From Eledone cirrhosa (lineage: Eukaryota), in assembly GCA_964016885.1 (NCBI GenBank), contig OZ024740.1, positions 37,510,001-37,574,000 on the forward strand: a DNA stretch of 64,000 bases. The letters are read 5' to 3'. Numbering within the stretch: the first letter of the stretch is position 1; each line of letters opens with the position of its first letter. Shown here in pieces: positions 10,543-21,242 of this stretch. Below the pieces are notes generated by a model. The model saw only the letters and a program-made list of their open reading frames with translations, was not told where the DNA came from and ran no database searches. The position numbers and the translations under genes were made by a program.

Positions 10543-11357
10543 TTAAATAGCTCTGTACTATACATAAAATAAAACAAACAAAAAAAATATGGCATAATAA
10601 AAAACAATCCTGTTAAAATAGATGTCAAGAAATCCTCAGTGAACTGAGGCTTGTATTATCACACAGCTTCTTTTCTGATAAACTTAAGGATTAGAATGAT
10701 GAACAGAACAATTAAAAGTAAAGTCTTATTAAACAAACATTTCCTGCCAATTCTTTCATATGTTTCGTGACAGAATAAAGCATTTCATGCTACAAAATAC
10801 AAATCATTGATATTCATCCTACTAAATTTCCACTGTATGAAAGAGCAAAGGATCCTGCTAAAAGCAAAATCTGTTGATGCAAGGATCTTCTTTGTAGTGG
10901 TTCCATAGGGACTAGATCTTCTGTAGCTTGATTTCTTTGTACAAATGAAATAGATTTCTCTCCAAACACATTTTATCATCTACTACATGGTTTATGTCAT
11001 TGTATTCTATCTTCATGACTTGGTGGACTTAATTTCTTTTCATGTACAGTACATCTCTAACCTTGTTCTAGCTGTCACTAATCAGGGATAATAACACCTT
11101 CATGCATAATGTGATTAACTATCTTACAGCATATCACCACCTTTCTTTGTCTTCATATCCTAAATTCCTTCTACTTAAAACCTCTTGTTTGATTTCAACA
11201 TCTGTGTGTTTGTGCAGAGAGAGAGATTATCCTCCACCAAATAGTCATAAACTTTTATCTTACGTTTGCTCCTCCAAATGAATTATATTCTCAATTCATT
11301 CAGAGTGATTAATATATTTCTCACATTTCTACTTGTCAATATTTCCTGTACTTCATA

Positions 11358-11620
11358 CTAAACACCAGTACAATACCAATTAAACACCAGTACAATACCA
11401 GCTAAAAACCAGTACAATACCAGATAAACGCCAGTACAATACCAGCTAAACACTAGTACAGTACCAACTAAACACCAGTACAGTACCTAACATAACTAAA
11501 CACTAATACAATACCAGCTAAAAACCAGTACAATACCAGCTAAACACCAGTACAGTACCAACTAAACACCAGTACAGTACCAACTAAACACGAGTGCAGT
11601 ACCAACTAAACACTAGTGCA
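11358..11620. repeat. 22-bp minisatellite, ~12 copies
   Basis: Unit TAAACACCAGTACAATACCAGC. Confidence 0.9.
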
Positions 11621-11741
11621 TATCCATTGGCATTTTTGTTATTTTGCTTTTCAAGTAGAAAGCTTATTACCGATAGACAATGTTGTTTTATGTGTTTTTG
11701 TTTCATATAATTCTAATATCACAATCCTATATACCATTTAA

Positions 11742-11960
11742 CCCTTTAGCATTTACATTACTCTCTATTTACTATTGCATTTTCACAGTGAACACTTTAT
11801 CTCATAATTATCTTACATAATATCGAATCTACAAGATTTTGCTATTGTTTATTTTGAGAATACTACCTTAACATAAGTATGAGCAGCCAGTTATGGCTGG
11901 TTTGAACAGAAAGAGGTGAGAGAATTCTGGCCGGATATGGCCAGTTTAAATGCTAAAGGG
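11742..11960 (+). mobile_element. piggyBac-like MITE copy 3 (intact, 219 bp)
   Basis: Perfect 14-bp TIRs CCCTTTAGCATTTA / TAAATGCTAAAGGG, with a TTAA duplication at 11738-11741 and 11961-11964. Confidence 0.88.
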
Positions 11961-12116
11961 TTAATATAACAAACTCTAGTTCACCAAACTGGACAGAACA
12001 GAAAAAGAAACAATAAAGACAATATTTTTCACACCAAGTCAAATATCTTTAGATTTAATGCTATTCTTATTTATTACTTTTTATGATCCATATTACATAA
12101 AACTTGTTAGTTTATT

Positions 12117-12355
12117 CATGTCTTTGCAACTATCGGTAGCCAGTTCTGCACCAATGGTGGTTAGTAGGGAGGTGGCCCTAGGGCCAAGGACACCAGAAGT
12201 CTCCACTGCTACAGGCTTGACTGCAATCCTGTCGAAGAGCGACCAATATTTGGAGAGTTTACTCTCCTCAGCTCGAAGTGCAGCAGAGCCCGGGTTAGTC
12301 ACAGACTGCACCAGGTTGCTGCTGGAGAATGTGTCATGGCATGTGGCATCCCAAC
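12117..12355 (-). pseudogene. Restriction-like endonuclease fragment of a CRE-type non-LTR retrotransposon
   Basis: WDATCHDTFSSSNLVQSVTNPGSAALRAEESKLSKYWSL..VKPVAVETSGVLGPRATSLLTTIG matches the WD.T..DT / AE..K..KY / P.AVET.G pattern. It is a GC-richer island in AT-rich DNA. Confidence 0.75.
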
Positions 12356-12449
12356 TGTTCAGTGAAAATGGCTAATTCTAAAAAATTTTACAATTATCAA
12401 CATATTAAATTTTTATTTCCATCAAAGAACAGTTCCATTAGTACATCTG

Positions 12450-12815
12450 ACTTATAATACATTATGTACTAAAATACTAAATATAAGTACTAATATATTA
12501 ATATAAGTACTAATATATTAATATAAGTACTAAAACACTAATATAAGTACTAATTCACTAATATAAGTACTAATGCATTATATAAGTACTAATACATTAA
12601 TATTAGCACTGATACATTATTAACACTAAAACACTATATAAGTACTGATACATTAATTTGAGTACTATTTATCAGTATGCGTATTAATATATGATATAAG
12701 TATTAATACATTAGTGTAAGTATTAGTACATTAATATAAGTACTGAAACATTGATATGAGTACTGGTACATTAATATAATTAACGAAACCTTGATATAAG
12801 TACTAAAACATTGTA
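12450..12815. repeat. 20-bp minisatellite, ~18 copies
   Basis: Unit ~ATATAAGTACTAATACATTA, with period 20 at 12481, 12501 and 12521. Confidence 0.9.
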
Positions 12816-13004
12816 CTGAAATTCCAAATAATTTTCCATTAATCCAACTGCATGGCTATTGTTTTCAGAGATAATAACAATTCATAAGAATCTTACTAAA
12901 TTTCCATCAAGTTGATTGCTTTTTCCCCATTAGTTCAAAGTAATGCCATACTTATACTTGCCAAGCTTACCAATTGTTGGTGCCTTGAAACACATTAAAT
13001 GAAA

Positions 13005-13215
13005 TGCATGTTAGTAACAATGTCTAAACATGTTGGCAATAGTATATAAATATATTGGCAACCTTTTGTAAACATGTTAACAACACTGTGTAGACGTGTT
13101 AGCAATACTGTGTAAACATGTTAGCAACACTGTGAACACATTAGTAACACTGTGAACATGTTAGCAACACTGTGAACACGTTAGCAACACTACATGAAAA
13201 TGTTTGTAACACTGC
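13005..13215. repeat. 20-22-bp degenerate minisatellite
   Basis: Unit ~CATGTTAGCAACACTGTGAA, about 9 copies. Confidence 0.8.
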
Positions 13216-13727
13216 ATAAAAATGTATTCTTGTGAACAACTCCAAAGAAACTGTATCTTCTTGAAAACATGAAATTTGTTCAATCCTGAATAACTTTTGC
13301 TTATGTTTGGTTATTAATGGAAATATATATTAAAAGGATTGTTCAATATTAGAAATATTATACAAGAACACACCTTTTATTTTTTTTTAAATTCCTTCTC
13401 TTTCAAGATTTCTCTCGCAAGCATGGAAAAGTAGCCATAAAAACAATGATGATGATATATATATAAACAATAAGAATTTATTAAGATTATGCCAAAATGA
13501 TGCATTAGATTACAAGATCTTAACCAAGACTCTTACAACATCAAATACATAAGTTCCATAGTTGTATATAATTGATACTGACAAATTACAGTTTATGGGT
13601 CTTATTTTCTCTTCTACAGAACCGTATGTTCTGTTGCCAGAATAATTCCACCGTTAACAGTAGACTTAATGAAAATTAAGAGCAATTTCTCCTAAGCTAT
13701 TGCGCATGCATATATATATATATATAT

Positions 13728-14130
13728 ATATTGTTATACTTGGGGAGGGTCATATTGTTGTAATAATATTGCCAGAATTAATAACAAAACACACTCACTG
13801 TTTGTTTGGTTTTCGCTTCTGTATCTTTTATATCAGTTAATTCATTCAGTCCTCAATGTTTACCATTGACTGGCCAATGGTAAAAAATACAGATATAATA
13901 TAGACACAAACACATATATATAGTCTAACATATACTATATATATGTGTTTGTGTCTATATTATATCTGTATTTTTTACCATTGGCCAGTCAATGGTAAAC
14001 ATTGAGGACTGAATGAATTAACTGATATAAAAGATACAGAAGCGAAAACCAAACAAACAGTGAGTGTGTTCTGTTATTAATTCTGGCAATATTATTACAA
14101 CAATATGACCCTCCCCAAGCATAACAATAT
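13728..14130. repeat. Near-perfect palindrome, ~197-bp arms, 9-nt loop
   Basis: 13728-13924 is the reverse complement of 13934-14130 with loop CTAACATAT and two mismatches seen. Each arm has a nested hairpin TTTACCATTG..CAATGGTAAA. Confidence 0.97.
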
Positions 14131-14168
14131 TTGTTTCGACACACGATTTCATATCAAAAACCTCGCAA

Positions 14169-14173
<5 letters not shown>

Positions 14174-14222
<49 letters not shown>

Positions 14223-14234
14223 TATATATACGTG

Positions 14235-14284
<50 letters not shown>

Positions 14285-14332
14285 TATATATATATACGTG
14301 TATATATATATATACATATATATATATACACA

Positions 14333-14411
<79 letters not shown>

Positions 14412-14421
14412 TATACACGTG

Positions 14422-14455
<34 letters not shown>

Positions 14456-14464
14456 TATATACAC

Positions 14465-14529
<65 letters not shown>

Positions 14530-14545
14530 TATATATATACACACG
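14174..14545. repeat. (TA)n microsatellite with ACGTG/ACAC interruptions
   Basis: Directly visible. Confidence 0.95.
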
Positions 14546-15113
14546 TTTCTTTTACTGTCTAATTGCTTAAACTACTGCAAACTTGCAAACTTTCTTTTCT
14601 TTCCATACTTTGAAATATGTCTTGTTTAGATATTTTTATTTTCATTTATATCTGTATGAATGTTTAATACTTTTATTTTTCATGATGGTTATTTTTCTAC
14701 ACAACCACTTATATCAGGGAGATTTTTCTTAATTCACATTGGTGCAATTATTGAAATCCATATCAAATATAATTTTCAATTGAGGGTTGGGAGAATAATA
14801 TCTGGTCTTGATCTAACATAAAAATGTATCCTTAATTCAGTGAGACCCAAATGTTAAATTCTATGACTGTTGGCATCATTTTATATACAAATATATGTTA
14901 TTAATAATGAGGGAAGCTATAAAATAACTGGAAAATATTTGGCATGGGGGTTATATGAAACAGAAATTATTTATTTTGAAATCTTTCTAAATACTATTTT
15001 TTATCTGAGGATATTATTGTTATTGTTGTTAATCATTGTTGCACTGTTAATAAAATAGCACTTTTTCAACCTGCTTTATTACGCTAAACAAATATTGTGA
15101 TATTAGTTTAAAT

Positions 15114-15674
15114 CAGTGATTCCTAAAGTGAACAGTACTACCCCAAGGGATACTGTGGGATTCAAGAGGGACACTAGAAAAAATGAGGGTGAGGGAACCA
15201 TTGGAAGATATGTGTGTGGGAGGAGGTCAATGGAAGACATGGGAATGGGAGGGACCATTAGAAGGTATGTGGTGGGAGGGATAATTAGAAGACTGGGTGG
15301 GAGGGACCATCGGAAGACATGGGGGATGGGAAGGTTCACTGGAAGACATGAGGGTGGGTGGGGTCAATGGAATACGTGATAGTGGAAGAAGTCATGGGAG
15401 GTGGGAGGGGTCAAAGGAAGACATGGTAAGTGGGAAGGTTCAATGAAAAACAAAGGGCATGACAAAGGGTAGTGACAAAGAATACAAATTAAAGTTGCCA
15501 GTAAAAACTGTCACCTTTAGATATTCAATAAATGAATAAATAAAGTATAAAATGTTATTAAAAATAAATTTTTCAATCAATAATTTTTTATCGATTTTAC
15601 AGTGATGGAATACATTCTCAAAAATGGTGGGGTAGGGTTTGGTTTGTAGTCCAAAATAATTTGGGGAACTTCTG
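15114..15674. mobile_element. hAT (Charlie-like) non-autonomous element with internal purine-rich ~29-bp repeat
   Basis: Ends are CAGTGATTCCTAAA and TTTGGGGAACTTCTG. The 8-bp flanks GTTTAAAT and ATTTAAAT (7/8 identical, central TA) fit a hAT target-site duplication. A GGGAGGG.CAATGGAAGACAT-type repeat lies at ~15185-15450. Confidence 0.65.
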
Positions 15675-17179
15675 ATTTAAATGATTTAAATTTGTATTTA
15701 GAAATCTGTTGCACATTTCTAATTCTTAATTTTTACACAATTCATGATTCACTCACCATTGGTCCTCTTATTATTCTAAAGCAACTAAGTGATATCAATT
15801 CAAATAATTTACAAATCAACCAAATTTTTGGTAACTTTCTAATTACTTTTATTAATATATAATTTGTAGTATAGATATAAATTTTATTAACAAAAGAATC
15901 TTTCAAAATTTCTCTAAATTCTGTGAAAAAAAAACCATTTAGGAAAAGTTAAGTAAATCCCAGAATGCATTGGGTATCAGGGAAAGACAACCTAATAACA
16001 TATTACAAACAAGTCAGTTCCATTCTTCAAATGTTACTCTATGGAGGATTATGAAATAGCAAAACCCTCATCAATTTTGCAGTATCCCAAATTCTTAGTC
16101 TTGCCATGATAACTATTAATAACTGGGTGGATTAGGTTACTTAAGTATTAAGTGTTCTGCTTCTGAGTACAAAGCCATCACTAATGATAGGATACAAACA
16201 GTAGATGTTTGGGTGGTCAGTCCCTCACACACCCTATAAACTCTACCTTTTGTAGCCCTCAATTATATTATGCTTGTGTTTAACCATATATAAGTATAGC
16301 TGCTTTACTTGCCCAAGGAACAAGTTATACAGCAGCCATTTTGTTCCTGTTAATGTTTATTGTATTACCTGTACATATATTCATGTGTATTGAAAAAAAA
16401 AAAAAAACGAGAGAGAGAAACCGTCTTAACTTCATAACAAATTATGTAATTTTCGAGGGTCGGTATTTCATGAAATTTAATCCAATTTAATACAATACAT
16501 GTTCCAGTGACTTTGATGGAGAAGAATGAATTATAGAGGAATCCTAGCCAGAAGATTTGATTTCCATTTTCTCAGTTTAGGGTGATATTGGGGGGTAGTG
16601 GTTGTGAAAGGTCATACAATGTAATTAAATATCTTATTAAAATCACTTATTCATTCTTTAAATTTGTATCTTACTGTTGGCTTCCACTGTGAATCATGTG
16701 GCTTGGCTTGAATGAATTAATCAAATATTGGTGGTCTCTCCTGTTATCTATGAAACTAAAAAATATCATTAAATGATATAAAGCTTGACTAAAAGTGTTC
16801 CTATTATGCTTTTTTAAATTTTTTCAATATTAAATTTTATATCTTTCAGTTTTGTTCATTTTACAGTTTTGCTGAATTTGTCTTTAAAATTTTTATATAA
16901 AAGTTGACATTGAAAATAAAAGATCCAAGTTTGAAAGTATACATCAGTTTTTTCCCCCTTTCATGTTAAAAAGGGAAGAGAAAAATTAGTGTTTATCAGG
17001 CTGCCAAGATTAAACAATAGTTTCTGAAAACTAACCAATTCATTGTTGTTGTTTTTGTTGCTCTAGAATTAACAAACTTATGATTAAAACCATTCCAGAC
17101 AACCAGCCTGTTTTTATTTTGTTTTGTTTTTTCAGACATAATGCATCTAGCACTAGTGTGTCAATGTTTTTTGTGTTTT

Positions 17180-17392
17180 TTATATTACTCTACATATACT
17201 ATTGTATTTCCACAGTAAACCCTTTATTTCACGTAATTATTATCTCACATAATATCAAATCTAGGATATTTTGATATTATTTATTTTGAGAAGAATACCT
17301 GAACATAAGTATGAGCAGCCAGTTATGGCTGGCTTAAATAGAAAAAGGTCAGAGAATTCTGGGCTGATATGGCCAGTTTAAATGCTAAAGGG
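17180..17392 (+). mobile_element. piggyBac-like MITE copy 4 (left TIR lost)
   Basis: The internal sequence matches copy 3, and the right end reads TTTAAATGCTAAAGGG|TTAA. Confidence 0.75.
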
Positions 17393-18279
17393 TTAATAAA
17401 AAAATAAAAAAATTTTTAAGATTATAGAACAGTATTTCCAGTGCAACATAGATTTGAATGGTTCTATTAAGTGAGTGTTTTGTGTTAGGATATCTTTCAC
17501 AACACTGACTCAAAGTGGAAATATCCCTTATTTCTAAGGTTGGCAGGGTTTAAGTCTGTATCTTCAGACTCTAGACAGAGTCAACTTTAATTATATTTCC
17601 ACCATACTCAAAAATTAAAAAAAGGTCAATAGTTAAAATGTCTCTTGTTTTGAAATGTAATAAATGTAATAAACATCATTTGAACATTATTGGATAAAAT
17701 GTAAGCATAAGTCATGTTTTTTTATTGCAGCAGAGCTAAGGTGTAGTGGTAAACTTTTAAAAATTTGAAACATTTTTACATTTGTACACATTTGTACATG
17801 TTTAAGAAATTAACCCCAATTTAGGCATGCTGATGATAAAGCTATTTATAATAACTTGTATACTTGGATTCATTTTGACATGTGAAGATTTTTCAAAGTT
17901 ACTTAATTAATTTTTCTATATTTTGAGTTTATACTTAAAAGAAAACGAAAAATAACTTACAAACATATGAAAAATACAAACAAAAATACTTAGCCAATAT
18001 TTTTAACTTAATAAAACAAATATAATGCAGATATAATAAATATAGATATAATTATTTTTATAGTAATACACATATAATTAATATATTTATTGTGAAAGTA
18101 ACTTACAGAACATATAATTAATATTAATGTAATTATTGCTATAGTAATATACATATATATATATATATAGTTAGAGAATTTGCAGTATAGCAATATAAGG
18201 TTGCACTTACCAATGAAACGGTCGTAAATACCTGGATAAAATCCTTCTCTTAATGCTTACCTGTGTTTTCTCTTTTATA

Positions 18280-18303
18280 CTATATATATATATATATATA
18301 TAC

Positions 18304-18334
<31 letters not shown>

Positions 18335-18358
18335 CATATATATATGTATATATATATT

Positions 18359-18390
<32 letters not shown>

Positions 18391-18548
18391 TACATATATA
18401 TATGTATATATATATTTATATATATATATATATGTATATACATATGTATATATATATGTATATATATATATGTATATAGATATACATATATAGATATACA
18501 TATATATATTCATATATATATACATATATGTATATATATATGTATATA

Positions 18549-18594
<46 letters not shown>
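18280..18594. repeat. (TA)n microsatellite
   Basis: Directly visible. Confidence 0.95.
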
Positions 18595-18595
<1 letters not shown>

Positions 18596-18656
18596 CTAAT
18601 ATAATTATTTCTATAGTAATACACATATATAATTAATATTAATATAATTACTGCTA

Positions 18657-18850
18657 AGGGCGGTGAATTGGCAGTATCGGTAGAGGGTTGGACGCCATGC
18701 TTTGACGCATAGAGTTACGGCCCTTGCCATTCTGAGTTCAAATCCCGCCGAGGTTAACTTTGCCTTTCATCCTTACGGGGTCGATAAAATAAAGTACCAG
18801 TAATGTACTGGATAATTGCTGGCCTTGTGCCAAAAGTAGAAACAATTAAT
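18657..18850 (+). mobile_element. tRNA-derived SINE with Nin-like domain
   Basis: Head GGCGGTGAATTGGCAG, B box GAGTTCAAATCCC (18734), core GCCTTTCATCCTTACGGGGTCGATAAA, end GCCTTGTGCCAAAAGTAGAAACAATT. Confidence 0.8.
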
Positions 18851-19089
18851 ATAATTACTGCTATAGTTATACATATATAATTAATATTAATATAATTACT
18901 GCTATAGTAATACACACATATAATTAATATTAATATAATTACTGCTATAGTAATACATATATAATTAATATTAATATAATTACTGCTATAGTAATACACA
19001 CATATAATTAATATTAATATAATTACTGCTATAGTAATACATATATAATTAATATTAATATGATTACTGCTATAGTAATACATATATAA

Positions 19090-19192
19090 TTAATTGTTTC
19101 TACTTTTTGGCACAAGGCCAGCAATTATCCCAGTGTATTACTGGTACTTTATTTTATCAACCCCGTAAGGATGAAAGGCAAAGTTAACCTCG
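19090..19192 (-). mobile_element. Inverted 3' half of the same SINE
   Basis: Reverse complement of ~18749-18849. Confidence 0.8.
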
Positions 19193-19933
19193 AATTACTG
19201 CTATAGTAATGCATATATAATTAATATTAATATAATTACTGCTATAGTAATACATATATATAATTAATATTAATATAATTATTGCTATAGTAATACATAT
19301 ATAATTAATATTAATATAATTATTGCTATAGTAATACATATATAATTAATATTAATATAATTATTGCTATAGTAATACACATATATGATTAATATTAATA
19401 TAATTATTTCTATAGTAATACACATATATGATTAATATTAATATAATTATTGCTATAGTAATACATATATATAATTAATATTAATATAATTACTGCTATA
19501 GTAATACATATATATAATTAATATTAATATAATTACTGCTATAGTAATACATATATATAATTAATATTAATATAATTATTGCTATAGTAAACTTAACGGG
19601 CCATTTAAAAGAAATAAACATCTGAGAAATGGAACTTGATTATGTTAACTTAATTACTGGTTTTGCTGCTCAGCCATTAAAAATTGTAGAGTAATTAGAA
19701 ATGTAGTATTGTAATTCAAAATTAGCCGAAAACATATTTCTACAGAGCAGAAGTTTGTTATGAAGCTGGAATCTGATTCAAACTTACAGAACTCCTGTAA
19801 CATTTATTACCATGAAAACTCAGATGACAAAATATTGACAAATAAATTTCAGAGATTAGTGAAGGAGTTCACCGACTCTTTTTTTTTTATTATTCAGCTG
19901 TTTTTGTTTTTTTTAGTTATGGATTACATCATG

Positions 19934-20279
19934 CAGACCTGTCAACTCTCCCCATTGGACGAGGAGATAACCCACCCTCTATGGGGTGGATGAGAGATGT
20001 CTCCTCTTGTGAAAATGAGTATAGCTTCCGGCAGTACCGGTAGAGGGTCGGACGCCATGCTTTGATGCATAGAGTTACGGCCCTTGCCATTCTGAGTTCA
20101 AATCCCACCGAGGTTAACTTTGCCTTTCATCCTTACAGGGTCGATAAAATAAAGTACCAGTAATGCCAAAAGTAGAAACAATTATGTAAAATCTTCCTAT
20201 TTTGCCTCATTTCTCCCCATTTTGGGGCCCTTTTTTTCATGGTACTCCCCGTTTCGGTTTTTATAAGTTGGCAGGTCTG
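19934..20279. mobile_element. hAT-like MITE carrying a nested SINE
   Basis: TIRs CAGACCTGTCAACT / AGTTGGCAGGTCTG (13/14). The flanks ACATCATG and AATCATG resemble an 8-bp duplication with one indel. Confidence 0.6.
20029..20184 (+). mobile_element. Third copy of the Nin-like SINE
   Basis: Nearly identical to 18670-18848, with a short deletion before TGCCAAAAGTAGAAACAATT. Confidence 0.8.
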
Positions 20280-21242
20280 AATCATGTGTATGAACATTTT
20301 AAGGTTAGAGGTTTTTAAGTATTAACAATCTTTAGAGGATTTATTAAAATCAGAAATCTAGAATTGTTTCAAGCAACCTAACTACTACATCTGTACTTTA
20401 TTGGTAAATGTCTATTGGTTCCATGGTTATTTATTTTGACCAATAAATTTTATTTTGAACAAAATTTGTAGTTAAATTCTTTCCTAATAAATTTGTAATT
20501 ATATTTAGGATTTATTAAGCCTTTTGATATTATCAGAACGATAAAGCTGTTTTAATGGCCTGGTTGTAAAATTATTTTAATGACTTGGCTATAAAGCTAT
20601 TTAATAGCTTGACTAAGCCATTTCCAACGCTATTTTATGGCTTAAGCAGCTGAAGCACTTGATCAGATCAAGAACAAAGTTTGAAATGCTGTTTTTTGAA
20701 TGAAAATAATTTGTATTTAGTGAACATTCATTTTTGAAATTTATTGAAATCTACATGTCTAATTTTGTATGAATATATTTTCAATTATATTTACTGCCCT
20801 GGAAAAGACTTTTAATAGAATCTCATGTATTGAAAATAAGAAAGGTATGTTTTGTGAAAAAGCATGTGTCTAATCTTATTGCAAGGTTAGAATTCATTGA
20901 AGCATTTTCAGTTTATTTGGCCCTTCTGAAGTCTCCCTTTTCTTTTAAATACTAATACATAGGTCTTTCAAAGTGTCAAGGGATAAGAGGTAATTTCCAA
21001 ACAAACTGCACAATACAGCTAATGATCTGTTGATAAATACTTCTGATCACAAAAATCAAAACCACTGACTTTATTCATTGCCTAGAAATAAAATATCTCT
21101 TGTAGAGTTTGGTGAGTATAGGGATCTAGTTCTGGGGTACATTGTTTGAGAGTAATAGAAAGGACAATTGTCATGTCCAGTAAATGACCTTGTTGGTTAG
21201 GTGTGATGATATTTACACATTTAATGTTATATGTGGGCATTG

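Larger units (their letters stand above)
18595..19590. repeat. 41-43-bp AT-rich minisatellite interrupted by SINE copies
   Basis: Unit TAATTAATATTAATATAATTACTGCTATAGTAATACATATA. GCTATAG occurs at 18901, 18944, 18985, 19028 and 19069. Degenerate copies also lie at ~18040-18160. Confidence 0.92.

Noticed and set aside
10785-10979. 64-aa ORF and alternative frames
   Set aside because: There is no recognisable motif or supported exon boundary.
14018-14629. Long Y/I-rich ORFs here and at 4264-6012 and 18008-19083
   Set aside because: They are translations of (TA)n microsatellites or minisatellites.
16325-16470. Possible promoter or first exon (GCCATTTTG YY1-like site, a few CpGs, minus-strand CAG|GTAAT)
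   Set aside because: These are short motifs only, and no linked coding exon could be identified.
18200-18270. Two minus-strand GGTAAG donor-like sites and a GAAACGGTCGTA hammerhead-like half
   Set aside because: There is no CTGANGA box and no acceptor or exon context, so it is probably a repeat remnant.
19629-19690. ELDYVNLITGFAAQ, resembling a hAT transposase C-terminus
   Set aside because: It is too short, and the upstream dimerisation motif is absent.
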